This document shows, piece by piece, positions 41,417 to 51,987 of a DNA stretch of 64,000 nucleotides (position 1 is its first letter; each line of letters opens with the position of its first letter). The notes under the pieces are model-generated. The model was given only the letters and a program-made list of their open reading frames with translations, was not told the origin of the DNA and ran no database searches. A program made the position numbers and the translations under genes. The stretch is from Candidatus Bathyarchaeota archaeon (lineage in GTDB: Archaea > Thermoproteota > Bathyarchaeia > 40CM-2-53-6): contig CAWHWX010000019.1 in the NCBI GenBank assembly GCA_963833125.1, positions 32,001-96,000 of the forward strand, given 5' to 3'.

Positions 41417-41649
41417 TGGTGGGGCCGAAGGGACTCTCATGGTTCGGGCCTCGAACCATTTTGAACCCTCGACTTCCGCCATACCGTCATGTCTACGGGT
41501 TTCTTCGCTCCTGAAGTTCGTCATTCCGTTCAGGTCCGCAAACCCGTTAAGGTTTGGTCTTCTGGAGCCCTTGGCGGGTCCGTATCCCTGTCGTCATCCC
41601 TGGCTAGACACCGCCACCCCTTCGGAATTCTCGGAGTGACTACGGCCCC
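41417..41649 (-). tRNA. trnW: tRNA-Trp(CCA) with five introns (233-nt gene, 77-nt mature, encoded CCA)
   Basis: Spliced product GGGGCCG TA GTC TAGCCAGGGAT GAC G ACGGG CTCCAGA CCCGT AGGTC GAGGG TTCAAAT CCCTT CGGCCCC A CCA; introns 41639-41609, 41589-41571, 41561-41501, 41492-41474, 41459-41434. Confidence 0.88.
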
Positions 41650-41769
41650 ACATGGGTTGGACAGGGTCGGCCCCAGCACCCCACCCTCAGAGAGTTGCTA
41701 TAACGATTATGGCTGGCTCCAGGTCAACGCATATAATACTACGAACAGACGGAATCCTATCGAAGGTTC

Positions 41770-42995
41770 TTGCTCAAGATAGGCTTAATCGGTAAGACAA
41801 ACGCTGGCAAAACCACATTCTTCAACGCCGCAACCCTACTAACCGCCGAAGTCTCCAACTACCCCCTTCACCACCAAGAAACCAAACGTAGGCCAGGCCA
41901 ACGCCAAAACAATCTGCGTGTGTAAGGAACTGGGCGTCAAGGATAATCCGCGCAACTCTACCTGCATCGACGGCTCCCGCTTCATACCAGTACAACTAAT
42001 CGACCTCCCCGGCCTCATCAAAGGATCATGGGAGGGGAAAGGCTTGGGAACCCAGTTCCTGAGCGTCGCTTCCCAAGCAGACGCTCTCATACACATCGCA
42101 GACGCCTCAGGCAGCGTAGATGCTGAGGGAAAAATCACCAAACCAGGCATGGGAAACCCAGTCGCAGACGTCTACGACATCGAGGAGGAGATTGTGCGAT
42201 GGTTCTGAAAATCGATCGAGAAGACACTCCAAAAAGTGAAAAAACATTCAAAAAAAGGTTCGTCAGTGGACCACTTGTTCGCGCAGGATCTGGCGGGCAT
42301 GAAAATCACCGCAGCTCACATTGCACAAGCCCTCAACGCTACAGACCTAACGGACAAGGAGTTAGGCGAATGGACGCGGCAGGACATTTGGAAATTCTCA
42401 AAGAACGTGCGCAAATCTCGAAGCCCACATTGATCGTGGCAAATAAGATGGATATCGCACTCGGCGAGAAGAACTATGAGAAGTTGATCAAGGAGTTTGG
42501 ACAGGCGTTCGTGATCGCCGCGTCAAGCGATGCCGAGCTTGCTCTGCGGAGGGCTGAACAGACTGGATACGTTGAGTACGTTCCCGGCGAGGAAATTTTC
42601 AAGGTAAGGATAGAAGCAAGCTTACTCCCGAGCAGCGAGACGCACTCACCTACGTTGAACAACGTGTTTTCTCAAAATGGATACGGACGGGTGTGCAGTT
42701 CGCTCTGAACACCTGCATCTTCAAACTGCTCGGCATGAATGTTGTCTATCCGGTGAGATGCAACAAGTTCTCGGATAGGAAGGGGAGTGTGCTTCCGGAC
42801 GCTTTCCTAGTTCCATACAACGCCTCCGTCTCGGACCTGGCTGGTCAGATCCATAGTGAGTTGGCTAGGACGATGATTTATGCCGTTGACGCACGAACAA
42901 AAATTCGCCTACCAACCGATTACAAACTGAAAGACCGAGACGTCGTCAATATCGTCTCGGCCTCAAAAGGAAAATCCCAAGCTAAGGCCCGATAA
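41770..42995 (+). CDS. ychF: YchF/OLA1-family translation-associated NTPase (multiple frameshifts)
   Basis: IGLIGKTNAGKTTFFNA, NYPFTT, IDLPGLIKG, ANKMD, C-terminal TGS domain. Confidence 0.85.
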
Positions 42996-43549
42996 CTTTC
43001 AGCAAATCCGCCTTGGTTATGATTCCCAGCACGTGCCCACGCCGGACCACGAGCACTGCAGGCTCATACTGAAGCAACGCAGAAACCATCGACACTGGCG
43101 CAACCTCATTCACCAGTGGAAACGCCTCATCCATTATCGTCTCTATCTCTCCTCGACACAAGGTCGGGTTTCGGAGATAACACGAGCTTCGGAACAATCG
43201 TTTTCTCCGTTAAGCTTCCTACAACTTGATTTCCGTTGAAAACAGGGAACTGGGAGAAGCCGGTTTCCCGCATCAAATGCACCCCCCTCGAGATCGGTTC
43301 ATCAGACTGTACACTCACGACTTTGCCGTGGCAAATCTCCTTCGCCTTCATCTCGTCTCTTCGTTCCAAAGTCTCGAGGGTATCAAAGATGGCTTTGGTT
43401 TTCAGGTATGATGGACTAATGTTCTTGCTCTCAATCTTCGAGATCATTGATTGGCTTATGCCGGCGAGGTTAGCCAGCTTTTTCTGGCTTATCGCTAGGA
43501 GCCGACGCCGTCTTCCAATCTCCTCTAATCCTGGTAGCATGGGATCCAA
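42982..43549 (-). CDS. HTH plus CBS-pair transcriptional regulator (frameshift)
   Basis: ISQKKLANLAGISQSMISKIE, FSQFPV, GIITKADLL. Confidence 0.85.
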
Positions 43550-43647
43550 ACCCGTCTACGAAGGGTATTCTCCGGGGAATTTTTTCTTATCGCAAGGTTA
43601 TATTATAGGAATATCGGAATTTCGCCAATAAGTTTCAGTGAAATTAC

Positions 43648-44835
43648 TTGAGCAAACTCTCCAGCGGATCAACCAATGTAGCGGTGGCTTTGAGCCAAAA
43701 GCCTCGAACTTACATGTTCACCTCCGAAAGCGTCACCGAAGGTCACCCCGACAAGGTAGCAGATCAAATCTCAGATACGATCCTCGACGCCATCATGCAG
43801 AAGGATCCGAAATCACACATAGACATCGAAACTCTCATAATGAAAGGAACCATCATTGTTACGGGTCAAATCTCCACAGCAGCCTGGTCCAGGTTCGCCA
43901 AATAGTCCGCAACGTACTTCAGATATCGGCTTCGACAATGCGAAGGTAGGCTTGGATTGGGAAGCCTGCGGAGTCCTCGTCTCATCGAAGGAGTCGCCAG
44001 ATATCGCCATGGGGGTCGATAAGGAAGACGTCGGCGCCGGCGATCAGGGAATCGTATTCGGATACACGACGAATGAAACTCCTGAACTAATGCCCCTACC
44101 GATCGTCCTAGCCCACAAACTTGTCAGACGTCTCGCAGAGGTAAGAAAACAGGAATTCTACCCTATCTGCGGCCTGATGGAAAGTCGCAAGTGACCGTTG
44201 AATATTCGGACGGCAAACCCAACCGTTAACGCAGTAGTCATCGCAGCCCAACACAACGAAGACGTGCCAAGGGAGCAAATGAGGAGGGATATCATCGAGA
44301 AGGTAATCGAAAACGTCATCCCCAAGAACATGCTCAACAAGAACCCTAAATTCTTCATAAACGAAACCGGCCGCTTCACAGTCGGGGGCACGCTCGCTGA
44401 TTCCGGCTTGACTGGAAGAAAGATAATCGTTGACACGTACGGCGGGATTGGAAGCCATGGCGGCGGTTGTTTTTCCGGGAAGGATCCGACGAAGGTCGAT
44501 CGATCCGGGAGTTACATGGCGAGGTACATTGCGAAGAACGTGTCACGGCAAGCCTCGCCGACAAGTGCGACGTGCAGATCGCCTATGCCATAGGCGTTTC
44601 AAAGCCGGTTTCGGTCATGGTCTACACCTACGGGACTGGTAAGGTGTCGGATGAGAGAATTACGGATGCAGTGAAAGCGGTTTTCGACATGACCCCCAAG
44701 GGAATAATCGAACGCCTAAATCTCCGAAGGCCTATTTACAGAAAGACAGCAACCTACGGACACTTCGGACGGGACGATCCCGACTTCACATGGGAACGCA
44801 CTGACAAAGTAGACGAACTGAAGAAACACGCATAG
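43648..44835 (+). CDS. metK: S-adenosylmethionine synthetase, bacterial/eukaryotic type (multiple frameshifts)
   Basis: [62 protein letters not shown]. Confidence 0.92.
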
Positions 44836-44921
44836 TCAGTGTTGAAATGGGAACACGGTATCAATCGTAGATCCTTGAATGTCGTCCAATCAAGTCCATT
44901 GCGAGGATTAGCACCAGTATA

Positions 44922-46054
44922 TTGATTCGGCCCATTCGAGCGGTTTCGTGGCTTAACGCTGGGCGGTTGTCAATGGATGTAGGAAAGTCACTACAGCGCG
45001 TAGTTACAACGGGTAGAATGCTTGCCCTAATTCTCGCCATCTTCTCGGCCTTCACTTACGTAATTACCCTCATCTTAGGCCCAGTACTTTACTTCTCTAC
45101 CTCCGATGGCCTGAAGGACGCCGGGCACGTGATTCACCAGCTCCCATTGGACATTTTCATGCTGTACATAGTTACCTACTGGCGGAATGAGCCACGGAAC
45201 CTTATTAGCGATAATTTGGATCATTTTCGTGGTTTGCATCGTGGCAGCATTTCTTAGCGCTGGAGGTTTTCTGAAATCAGTAAAGGATGCCCTCTCTAAG
45301 CCGATTTCAGTCGCGAAAACAAACTTCCTTTACCTCATGCCGCTAGTGGCCACGGGTCTGCGTTACACGACAATTCTCATTTCAGAATTCCAAACGACGC
45401 AGGGCATTCAGACAGGCAGCTTGAACTTTCCCGCTCAAACAAGCCCATACTTAATCCTCCTCAATCTTGCCTACACTACCGATAAACGGAAGTCGCCTTC
45501 CGGATAACAACGATCGGAATCCCGTTCGCCGCATTCATTCTCATCATTTACCGATCGGATGCACGGATGAAGGGGGTGAAGAAACGCATGGGTTTATTTC
45601 TGCTCGCCCTATTCAGTCCCGAACTCGCCAAATCTAAGCTGGGTTACAGGACCGTGGCTGCAAACGGTTTCATCCCTGGCATTAGTCCCATGAAGTGGGC
45701 GCTTATACTGGTAAGCTCGGCGGTGTTCGGGATAGCCGCTACATTGGTGGAGGTGGCTGGGAGATCGGGAAGGTTTCGACGGCGGCCTTGGCAGGTTTCG
45801 TATTTGCTATCATGTACGTCAGCTACGGAGCCTACGCAGATATACTCATGCACTGGTTCTTCAACTATTATTTCACGGTCCTCGATATGGCGAGCACCGA
45901 CGTACGGTGGCATGTTTACGGGATTCGACCAGTTGAAATCAGGAACATTTTCGCAGGCCGAGTCGGACTTATCGTCATTATCCTAATCTCCGCCCTAAGG
46001 CTAGGCGACTATCTCGCGGTACGGGCCACGGGAATTCCCACGAAGACCACCTAA
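44922..46054 (+). CDS. CPBP/Abi-like intramembrane protease (multiple frameshifts)
   Basis: Hydrophobic fragments with SSAVFG, GGWEIGK, ILMHWFFNY. Confidence 0.55.
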
Positions 46055-46187
46055 CCCATTCAACAATCTTATACGGCAAAACAACCCAACTCAGGCTGGT
46101 GCAGGGGCCTGTATCACCGCCAAGTCCACTAAGACCTGAAACAAGCCTCTCTTGGGCCTCAATGCATTTTCTAGCAAGTGACAACAC

Positions 46188-48565
46188 TTGGCAACTTCGG
46201 AGAAAACTGAAACCGCGAAGAAATTCCTGCCCAGATCACCGAGAAGAGATGGGACCATAATGTTGAGAGGACAATTTTCGATCAATGGCAGCAGGAAGGG
46301 ACATTTAGGTTCAAGACCGGTAACGCAAAGAAGCCTCCATCATCGATACTCCGCCGCCAACCACCTCAGGAACTTGGCACATAGGTGCAGTGGCAGCCTA
46401 CTCACAAATCGATATGATTGCCCGATCCCAACGGATGCAGGGAAAATCCGTTCTATTCCCAATAGGGGTCGACCGAAACGGAATCAATGTCGAGATCTAC
46501 GTAGAGAAGCAATCAAAGGTGCGGATGCGGGACACACCGAGGCAACAATTCATCGACCTATGCTCACACACACTAGACGAGCTCGAGGCTCAAATGTTGA
46601 ACATGATGAAGCGGGTCGGGTTGGGTGGGGAGTCCGATGGCAGATATCATACCGATCACGAAGACTACCGGAAGCGGACGCAGGCCACATTTATCGAACT
46701 CTGGAAAAGAGGGCTCATCTACGAAACAACACGCCCCAACAACTACTGCCACGTGTGCTGAACAACAATCGCCGACGCAGAAGTAAAATACGAAGATCTT
46801 CCCTCGAACCTGACGTATCTCAACTTCAAAATTGAAGAGACAGGCGAAACGCTAGTGATCGCAACAACCCGGCCTGAACTTGTTTGCGCATGTCAGTTGG
46901 TAATCGTGAACCCCACGGACGAGAGATACACGAAGTTTCATGGAATGCCGCCACCAATTGTACCCATCTACGGCCGTAAAGTCGAAGTTAAACCCCATCC
47001 GAGCGCAAAAGCCGAGTTCAGGATACTGGGGTCGTCATGATTGTGCAGCTACGGAGACTACACGGACGTACTACTCTTCAGGGAGTTGAGTCTCGAAAGA
47101 GGTCTTAGCCGTAGGGCCGGATGGCAGACTTACCGCTGCCGCAGGAGCATACCAAGGTTCTACGATGTTAGAGGGACGCTCGCGAATCCTAGAAGACTTG
47201 CGCTCTCAGGGCCTACTCGTCAAAACTCAAAAGATTAGGCACCGCACACCAGTATGCTCACGCAGCAACACCCCAATTGAAATCATACCGATGAAGGAAT
47301 ACTACCTAAAGCAAATAGACTTCATCCCGAAGCTCAAACAACTCGCTAAGCAAATCACCTTTCACCCCGAGGCGGGTAGGCAGATATTGCTCGACTGGAT
47401 AAACTCGATAACGATTGACTGGCCGATCTCCGGACAAGCACGTATACGCCACTGAGATTCCCCGTTTGGTACTGCAAGAGCTAGGGGACTACATTCCTCC
47501 CCTCCCCGGGCGAATATTACAGGCCATGGAGAAATCGACCCACCATCTGCAATATGTTCCAAATGCGGTCACGCTGAATTTGACGGGGAGACTGCGCACA
47601 TTCGACACCTGGATGGACTCAAGCATTTCCTGCGCTTTACATTTCCAAATACCAACTAGACCCCAAGTTCTTCAAGCGAGCATACCCTGCAAGCATTACG
47701 GCCTCAGGGCAAGGACATAGTGAGAACTTGGCTCCACTACTCCGTCCTGAGGTGCTACCAATTAACAGGCCGAGCGCCATTTACAGATGCGTGGATAAAC
47801 GGGCTTGGGATGGATGAACAAGGTCAGGCGATGCACAAGAGCAAGGGGAATGTTGTAGAGCCTGAGCCGGTTCTTGAAAAGTTCGGAGCAGACTCATTCA
47901 GGTTCTGGAACGCTTCCGAAGCCACCCTTGGGTTCCGATTTCCGTTGCTCCGAAATGAGAATCGCCGCAGCCCACAAGATTCATGACGAAACTCTGGAAT
48001 CTCTCCCGTTTCATCTCATCCTTCCCACAAGTCAAGACTGCCAAACTCCAGCCCAGCGACAAATGGATTCTCTCCGAACTCACCCTACTAATACAAAAAT
48101 CCATGAAGGGCTATCGCGATTACAATTTCTTTGTTCCCTCAACAGCAATTAGAGACTTCGTCTGGGAGACATTTGCCTCACATTACCTAGAGATGGTGAA
48201 ACCTCGCGCCTACGGCGAGGGCTTCACAAAGAGCTCAGCAGAAAGCTGCATGGTACACGCTCCACACGGTCTTGAAGAGCATACTCCTTCTACTTGCACC
48301 CATCGCCCCGTTCATGCCAGAGCACGTCTGGAAGCAATTGTACTCGAAAAGAAGCATCCACGCCCAGCAATTCCCAAAGCCGGCGTGGTCGAAAGCATCG
48401 AAACGCTATACCCAGAAGATGTTAGACTTCAACCGAGAAGTCTGGAAGATTAAGAAAGAGAAGAGCTTGGCTCTACGTGACCCAGTCGAGGTAAAGGTCC
48501 CGAAGGCTCTAGCGCCCTTCACAGACGACTTGGTTAGGATGCACTCATTGATCACGAAGCCATAA
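46188..48565 (+). CDS. valS: Valine--tRNA ligase (many frameshifts)
   Basis: IDTPPP..SG.WHIG, IATTRPE, CSYGD, DWPIS, FDTWMDSS, MHKSKGN, KLWN fragments. Confidence 0.88.
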
Positions 48566-48608
48566 TCGAAGTGCAATAGTTTAATATCGCAAGACTCGCT
48601 CTAGCGCC

Positions 48609-48911
48609 TTGATTTCGATGAAGGTATCCGAACTCAAGCCTGGAATGCGGCGTGTGGACACGATAACCGCCAAGATTCAAGAAATCTCCCCAGCAAGGGA
48701 AGTAACGACAAGAAGGGGCGAACAATCCAGGGTTGCTACAGCAGTTGTCGCGGATGATTCTGGCACCGTCAAACTCAACCTCTGGAATGAACAAATCGAC
48801 CAGGTAAAGGCAAACGATACAGTGACGATTGAGAATGGATATGTGGATAGTTTCCGTGGCGAGACCCAGCTGAACGTAGGCCGATACGGTAAGCTCACTG
48901 TGCAGCCATAA
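48609..48911 (+). CDS. ssb: Single OB-fold single-stranded DNA-binding protein (crenarchaeal type)
   Basis: MKVSELKPG, VADDSGTVKLNLW, IENGY, LNVGRYG. Confidence 0.85.
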   Translation: MISMKVSELKPGMRRVDTITAKIQEISPAREVTTRRGEQSRVATAVVADDSGTVKLNLWNEQIDQVKANDTVTIENGYVDSFRGETQLNVGRYGKLTVQP

Positions 48912-48952
48912 CTGAAATCTTCGTTCCCCTTTCGCCGGTTAAGGCCCAAAAT

Positions 48953-49837
48953 TTGAGCACAGACGATCGCTTCGAAGAAATAAAACATCTACTTGACTCA
49001 ACGATAAACGAATTTCAAACACTCTTCGAATCGGCGGGTGGGTTCGAAGACTCAAGAGTCGGAAATGGTTGGGCTCCGGATAAGTTAACGCCTGAGGTCT
49101 ACTGCCTCGAGCCAAAACCCCTACCAGAACTGCTCAAGACGGCTGAGGACCGTAAGGCATCCTTGTTCAAAAACCGAGTCCTGTCTCTGCTCAAACCGAA
49201 GGACCAAGACGTTCACGCCGCGGAACCACCTAAACTAAAACTAATTCCATTCTGGAGAATTCATGGATACCATGAATGCTTCTACTTTAGGGGAAACACG
49301 TACAAAATCGATCTTCCCCCGGACGTCGTCGCTGTGGAAGTTGAGGGAAAGATCAGGGATCTCGTTGAACTGGGCTCTGCTGAAGGACAGGGAATATCGA
49401 ATTTAGCAAAACGGTTACTGGGGAGAAGGGAGGGGTCAGAATCAAAATCGTTTCGACTAAACGAAATCACGGAGCTAGCGCACATGTACGACGAGAATTC
49501 CCTCTTTCTCAATGCGCATGGAAGGGAAGACCTCGAGGCCGAGGCGTTCTTCGACCGTCCCCTACCTCTCAAGAAGACAACCTACGAAGAACTACTCCTA
49601 CAATACCCTGCCGTAGAATTCGAGACAAATTCGATGACCAAAGAGGAATTGGTCGCGAAGCTCCATGCTATGGTCGTTAAGCCACCCGCGGCATTCTCAA
49701 AGATACTTAGTAACCGATTCCAAGTGACTGGGTCCGCCCAATACCTAATGCCGGTCTACTCTTTCATCTTTGAATGGCACGGACAAAAAAGAGCGCTATC
49801 CGTGCATGGATACACCGGCGGAATTTTTCAACCCTGA
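48953..49837 (+). CDS. Hypothetical protein
   Basis: Intact 294-aa ORF, no motif recognised. Confidence 0.65.
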   Translation: MSTDDRFEEIKHLLDSTINEFQTLFESAGGFEDSRVGNGWAPDKLTPEVYCLEPKPLPELLKTAEDRKASLFKNRVLSLLKPKDQDVHAAEPPKLKLIPFWRIHGYHECFYFRGNTYKIDLPPDVVAVEVEGKIRDLVELGSAEGQGISNLAKRLLGRREGSESKSFRLNEITELAHMYDENSLFLNAHGREDLEAEAFFDRPLPLKKTTYEELLLQYPAVEFETNSMTKEELVAKLHAMVVKPPAAFSKILSNRFQVTGSAQYLMPVYSFIFEWHGQKRALSVHGYTGGIFQP

Positions 49838-51283
49838 GAGAACTTGCGGTACCTCGGCCGCTTGAGAAGTCTCCTTAACCGGAAAATCGTAACTTTCCTT
49901 CCATAACGGGACACCGACCAACGAACAACAAACAGGACCCGCAACGACACCTACAATAACACTGATGAACAAATACGGCTGAGCTACCACCTCGTAAGTG
50001 GCCTTGCCCGAGTTCCCTAACGTGTCTCCTGCGCTAACATTCAACGTCCACGTCCCGCCACGAATCAAATCAAAGAGTGTGCTTGAGTACGAAGCCCGCC
50101 ATTCGCCAATGGAGGGGTCGTAGGTTGCCATCAACGGTGTGATCGATGATCCGGTGGAGACGACAAGGTTCACCGAGCCCGACGGTCAAAGGTGTTCCGT
50201 CCGGATATGTCACCTTTGATACTGTGCTGACTCGGGCCGAACGGAATTTGGATTCGTGTTCCGTTCAATTGACTGCTGATGATCAGGCTGGCATTCGTAA
50301 CTGTGAAGTAATTAGAGGCCGTGTCAACTGCCGCACCCTTGTTCCCGAATCCATCGTCAAAGGCCATTGCGGGCATGTCGAAGCGATATTTCCCGCTGGG
50401 CGTCGCAGTGGCGAAGAGTTTGACCCCAGCCGCCCAGATGCCGTTTGCGGGATCAACAAGGGTAAGATTGGCGGGGCCAAGTGTGGTCTGGTCTCGCATC
50501 AGGATGACGGGTTGTGAGGTAGGGTTTGAGGATTGACTACGGGGCTGCCGTCTGGGTATTGAATTGCCATCGTTACATTGGCAACTTGTGTCCTCTGGTA
50601 GGTTGAGTTTGGTTGGTTTACGATTCTGGTCGATAGTACTGCCTGCGTCACAGTAAATTTCGCCGTAGAGGAAAAGTCCTGTTGCGGATTATCGAATGTC
50701 CCCGTGCCATAGATCACGGCTGTAAATACATCTGTAATCGCGTCTGGCGGAATTCTCCAGGTATGATTGAAATCTCCCTCGGTCGTCGAAGCGAGTGTGG
50801 AGTGTACGATGTTGCCCGCCGGATCTTGAATAGTCAAACTGATGCTTGTGCCCGGAAAAATGCCCCCGCCTATGATGTTCACAGACTGAGTTCTTTGATA
50901 TACGGGCGCCGCTGAACCCCAGACACCGAAATGTGCGATCGCCTGCGCCAGTTATCGGTGGTTGATGACGTAGATAGGCTGATGAGGTACGTACCCAATT
51001 CTGCATTGGCTGAGAGAGGATAGGTTGTATCAGGAGGGATGAGTCCTCCAGAAACGGGCGTGAAGCTAACTCCGGTGTATCGTGTCTTGTTGGTGGCAGG
51101 TCCCCTTACCCAGAGGTAGTATTGTTGACTGGGCGTTAGCCCGGATCCGGCTAGGGTTACTTGCTTGTCTCTGATGGTGTACAAGTAATTGTCTGTGCTT
51201 AGCGAAGGTGATGCTTTGGCTGGAAGCGGGAGGGCTAGCAGGATCATTGCCAGGGCAAGAAGTATGATTTTGGTTTGCTTCAT
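49834..51283 (-). CDS. Secreted beta-rich surface protein with C-terminal TM (several frameshifts)
   Basis: Signal peptide MKQTKIILLALAMILLALPLPAKA; consecutive S/T/G-rich fragments in different frames. Confidence 0.6.
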
Positions 51284-51330
51284 TCGGTTTTTCCCTCCGC
51301 TTTCGCACTTCTTACTAGTATGGTGTCATT

Positions 51331-51457
51331 TGGCGCCCAGGGAGAGGGATTCGAACCCCCGAGGCCCATAAGGGCCACGGGCTTGCATTGAAGTTGACAC
51401 TCAAGCCCGCGCCTTTGGACCATTTTCCATGATGTTAATCCACTCGGCCATACCGGC
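51331..51457 (-). tRNA. Probable tRNA-Ser(TGA) with D-loop intron (51435-51415) and anticodon-loop intron (about 51399-51384)
   Basis: GCCGG.ATGGCCGAGTGG start, long variable arm GGCCC TTAT GGGCC, GGGGG TTCGAAT CCCTC, G discriminator and CCA; acceptor stem and loop are imperfect as sequenced. Confidence 0.75.
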
Positions 51458-51481
51458 TAAAGTATCCCTGAAGCCGATTCC

Positions 51482-51488
51482 TATTTAA
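51482..51488 (-). promoter_or_regulatory. TATA box for the tRNA-Ser gene
   Basis: TTAAATA starts 31 nt upstream of G51457. Confidence 0.5.
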
Positions 51489-51495
51489 GTTCCCG

Positions 51496-51969
51496 TTGGC
51501 TTGCGGGCGCGAAAATTCAGATAGGTCTTCGCTTTGGCAGCCCCCACGTTATGAGTTTCTTCCACATACAACAGACGCATACATTCAATCTGTTGGTCCC
51601 ACTTTTGAAGAGGCGCTTGAAAATGCGGGGCTAGCGCTGTTCGATACGATGTGTAACTTAGATTCAATTTCGAATAAAGAGGTCGACGATGTTGAGGCTG
51701 ACGGCGGTGACGAAGTAGAGCTTCTCTATGATTGGCTCGAAACGCTGCTGCTGAAGTTCGAGCTCGACAGTAAGGTCTACTCGAAATTTCATGTCACTCT
51801 CTTGAAGACAGCTCCCAACATCCTACAACTCAGAGCCAAGGCCTACGGCGAGACCTACAATCGTCAGCTTCATGGCTCTAAGGTTGAGGTAAAGGCGGTG
51901 ACCTTTCACAGAATGGAAGTCGTGAGAGAAGGAAATTTAGTCATTCTGAGGTTCATACTTGACCTCTAG
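51496..51969 (+). CDS. Archease (RtcB RNA-ligase cofactor); start uncertain
   Basis: YEFLPHTTD, LLYDWL, VEVKAVTFH, terminal FILDL. Confidence 0.92.
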   Translation: MACGRENSDRSSLWQPPRYEFLPHTTDAYIQSVGPTFEEALENAGLALFDTMCNLDSISNKEVDDVEADGGDEVELLYDWLETLLLKFELDSKVYSKFHVTLLKTAPNILQLRAKAYGETYNRQLHGSKVEVKAVTFHRMEVVREGNLVILRFILDL

Positions 51970-51987
51970 CCGCCTTGAAGCTTGGTA

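Noticed and set aside
41417-41690. GC-rich structured region as SRP RNA, RNase P RNA or tRNA-Val
   Set aside because: SRP helix 8 and RNase P conserved motifs are absent. The CCGCC/GGCGG pairing belongs to introns, and only the Trp parse gives a complete cloverleaf with consistent cuts.
41250-41782. ORFs 41250..41639 and 41489..41782
   Set aside because: They are antisense to the intron-rich tRNA-Trp gene and show no protein motifs.
41770-51283. Dense frameshifts in ychF, metK, valS and neighbours as pseudogenes, programmed frameshifts or mRNA introns
   Set aside because: The breaks I examined here and in dnaG and speB are 1-2 nt indels in essential genes, with no BHB-flanked inserts. Long-read consensus error is the simplest explanation.
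51384-51399. CT-TCA-A as a selenocysteine anticodon, or TT-GAG as Leu
   Set aside because: TCA lies inside the predicted intron and there is no Sec-type D-stem. The GCCGG start and G discriminator favour Ser, though the anticodon call assumes one missing C.
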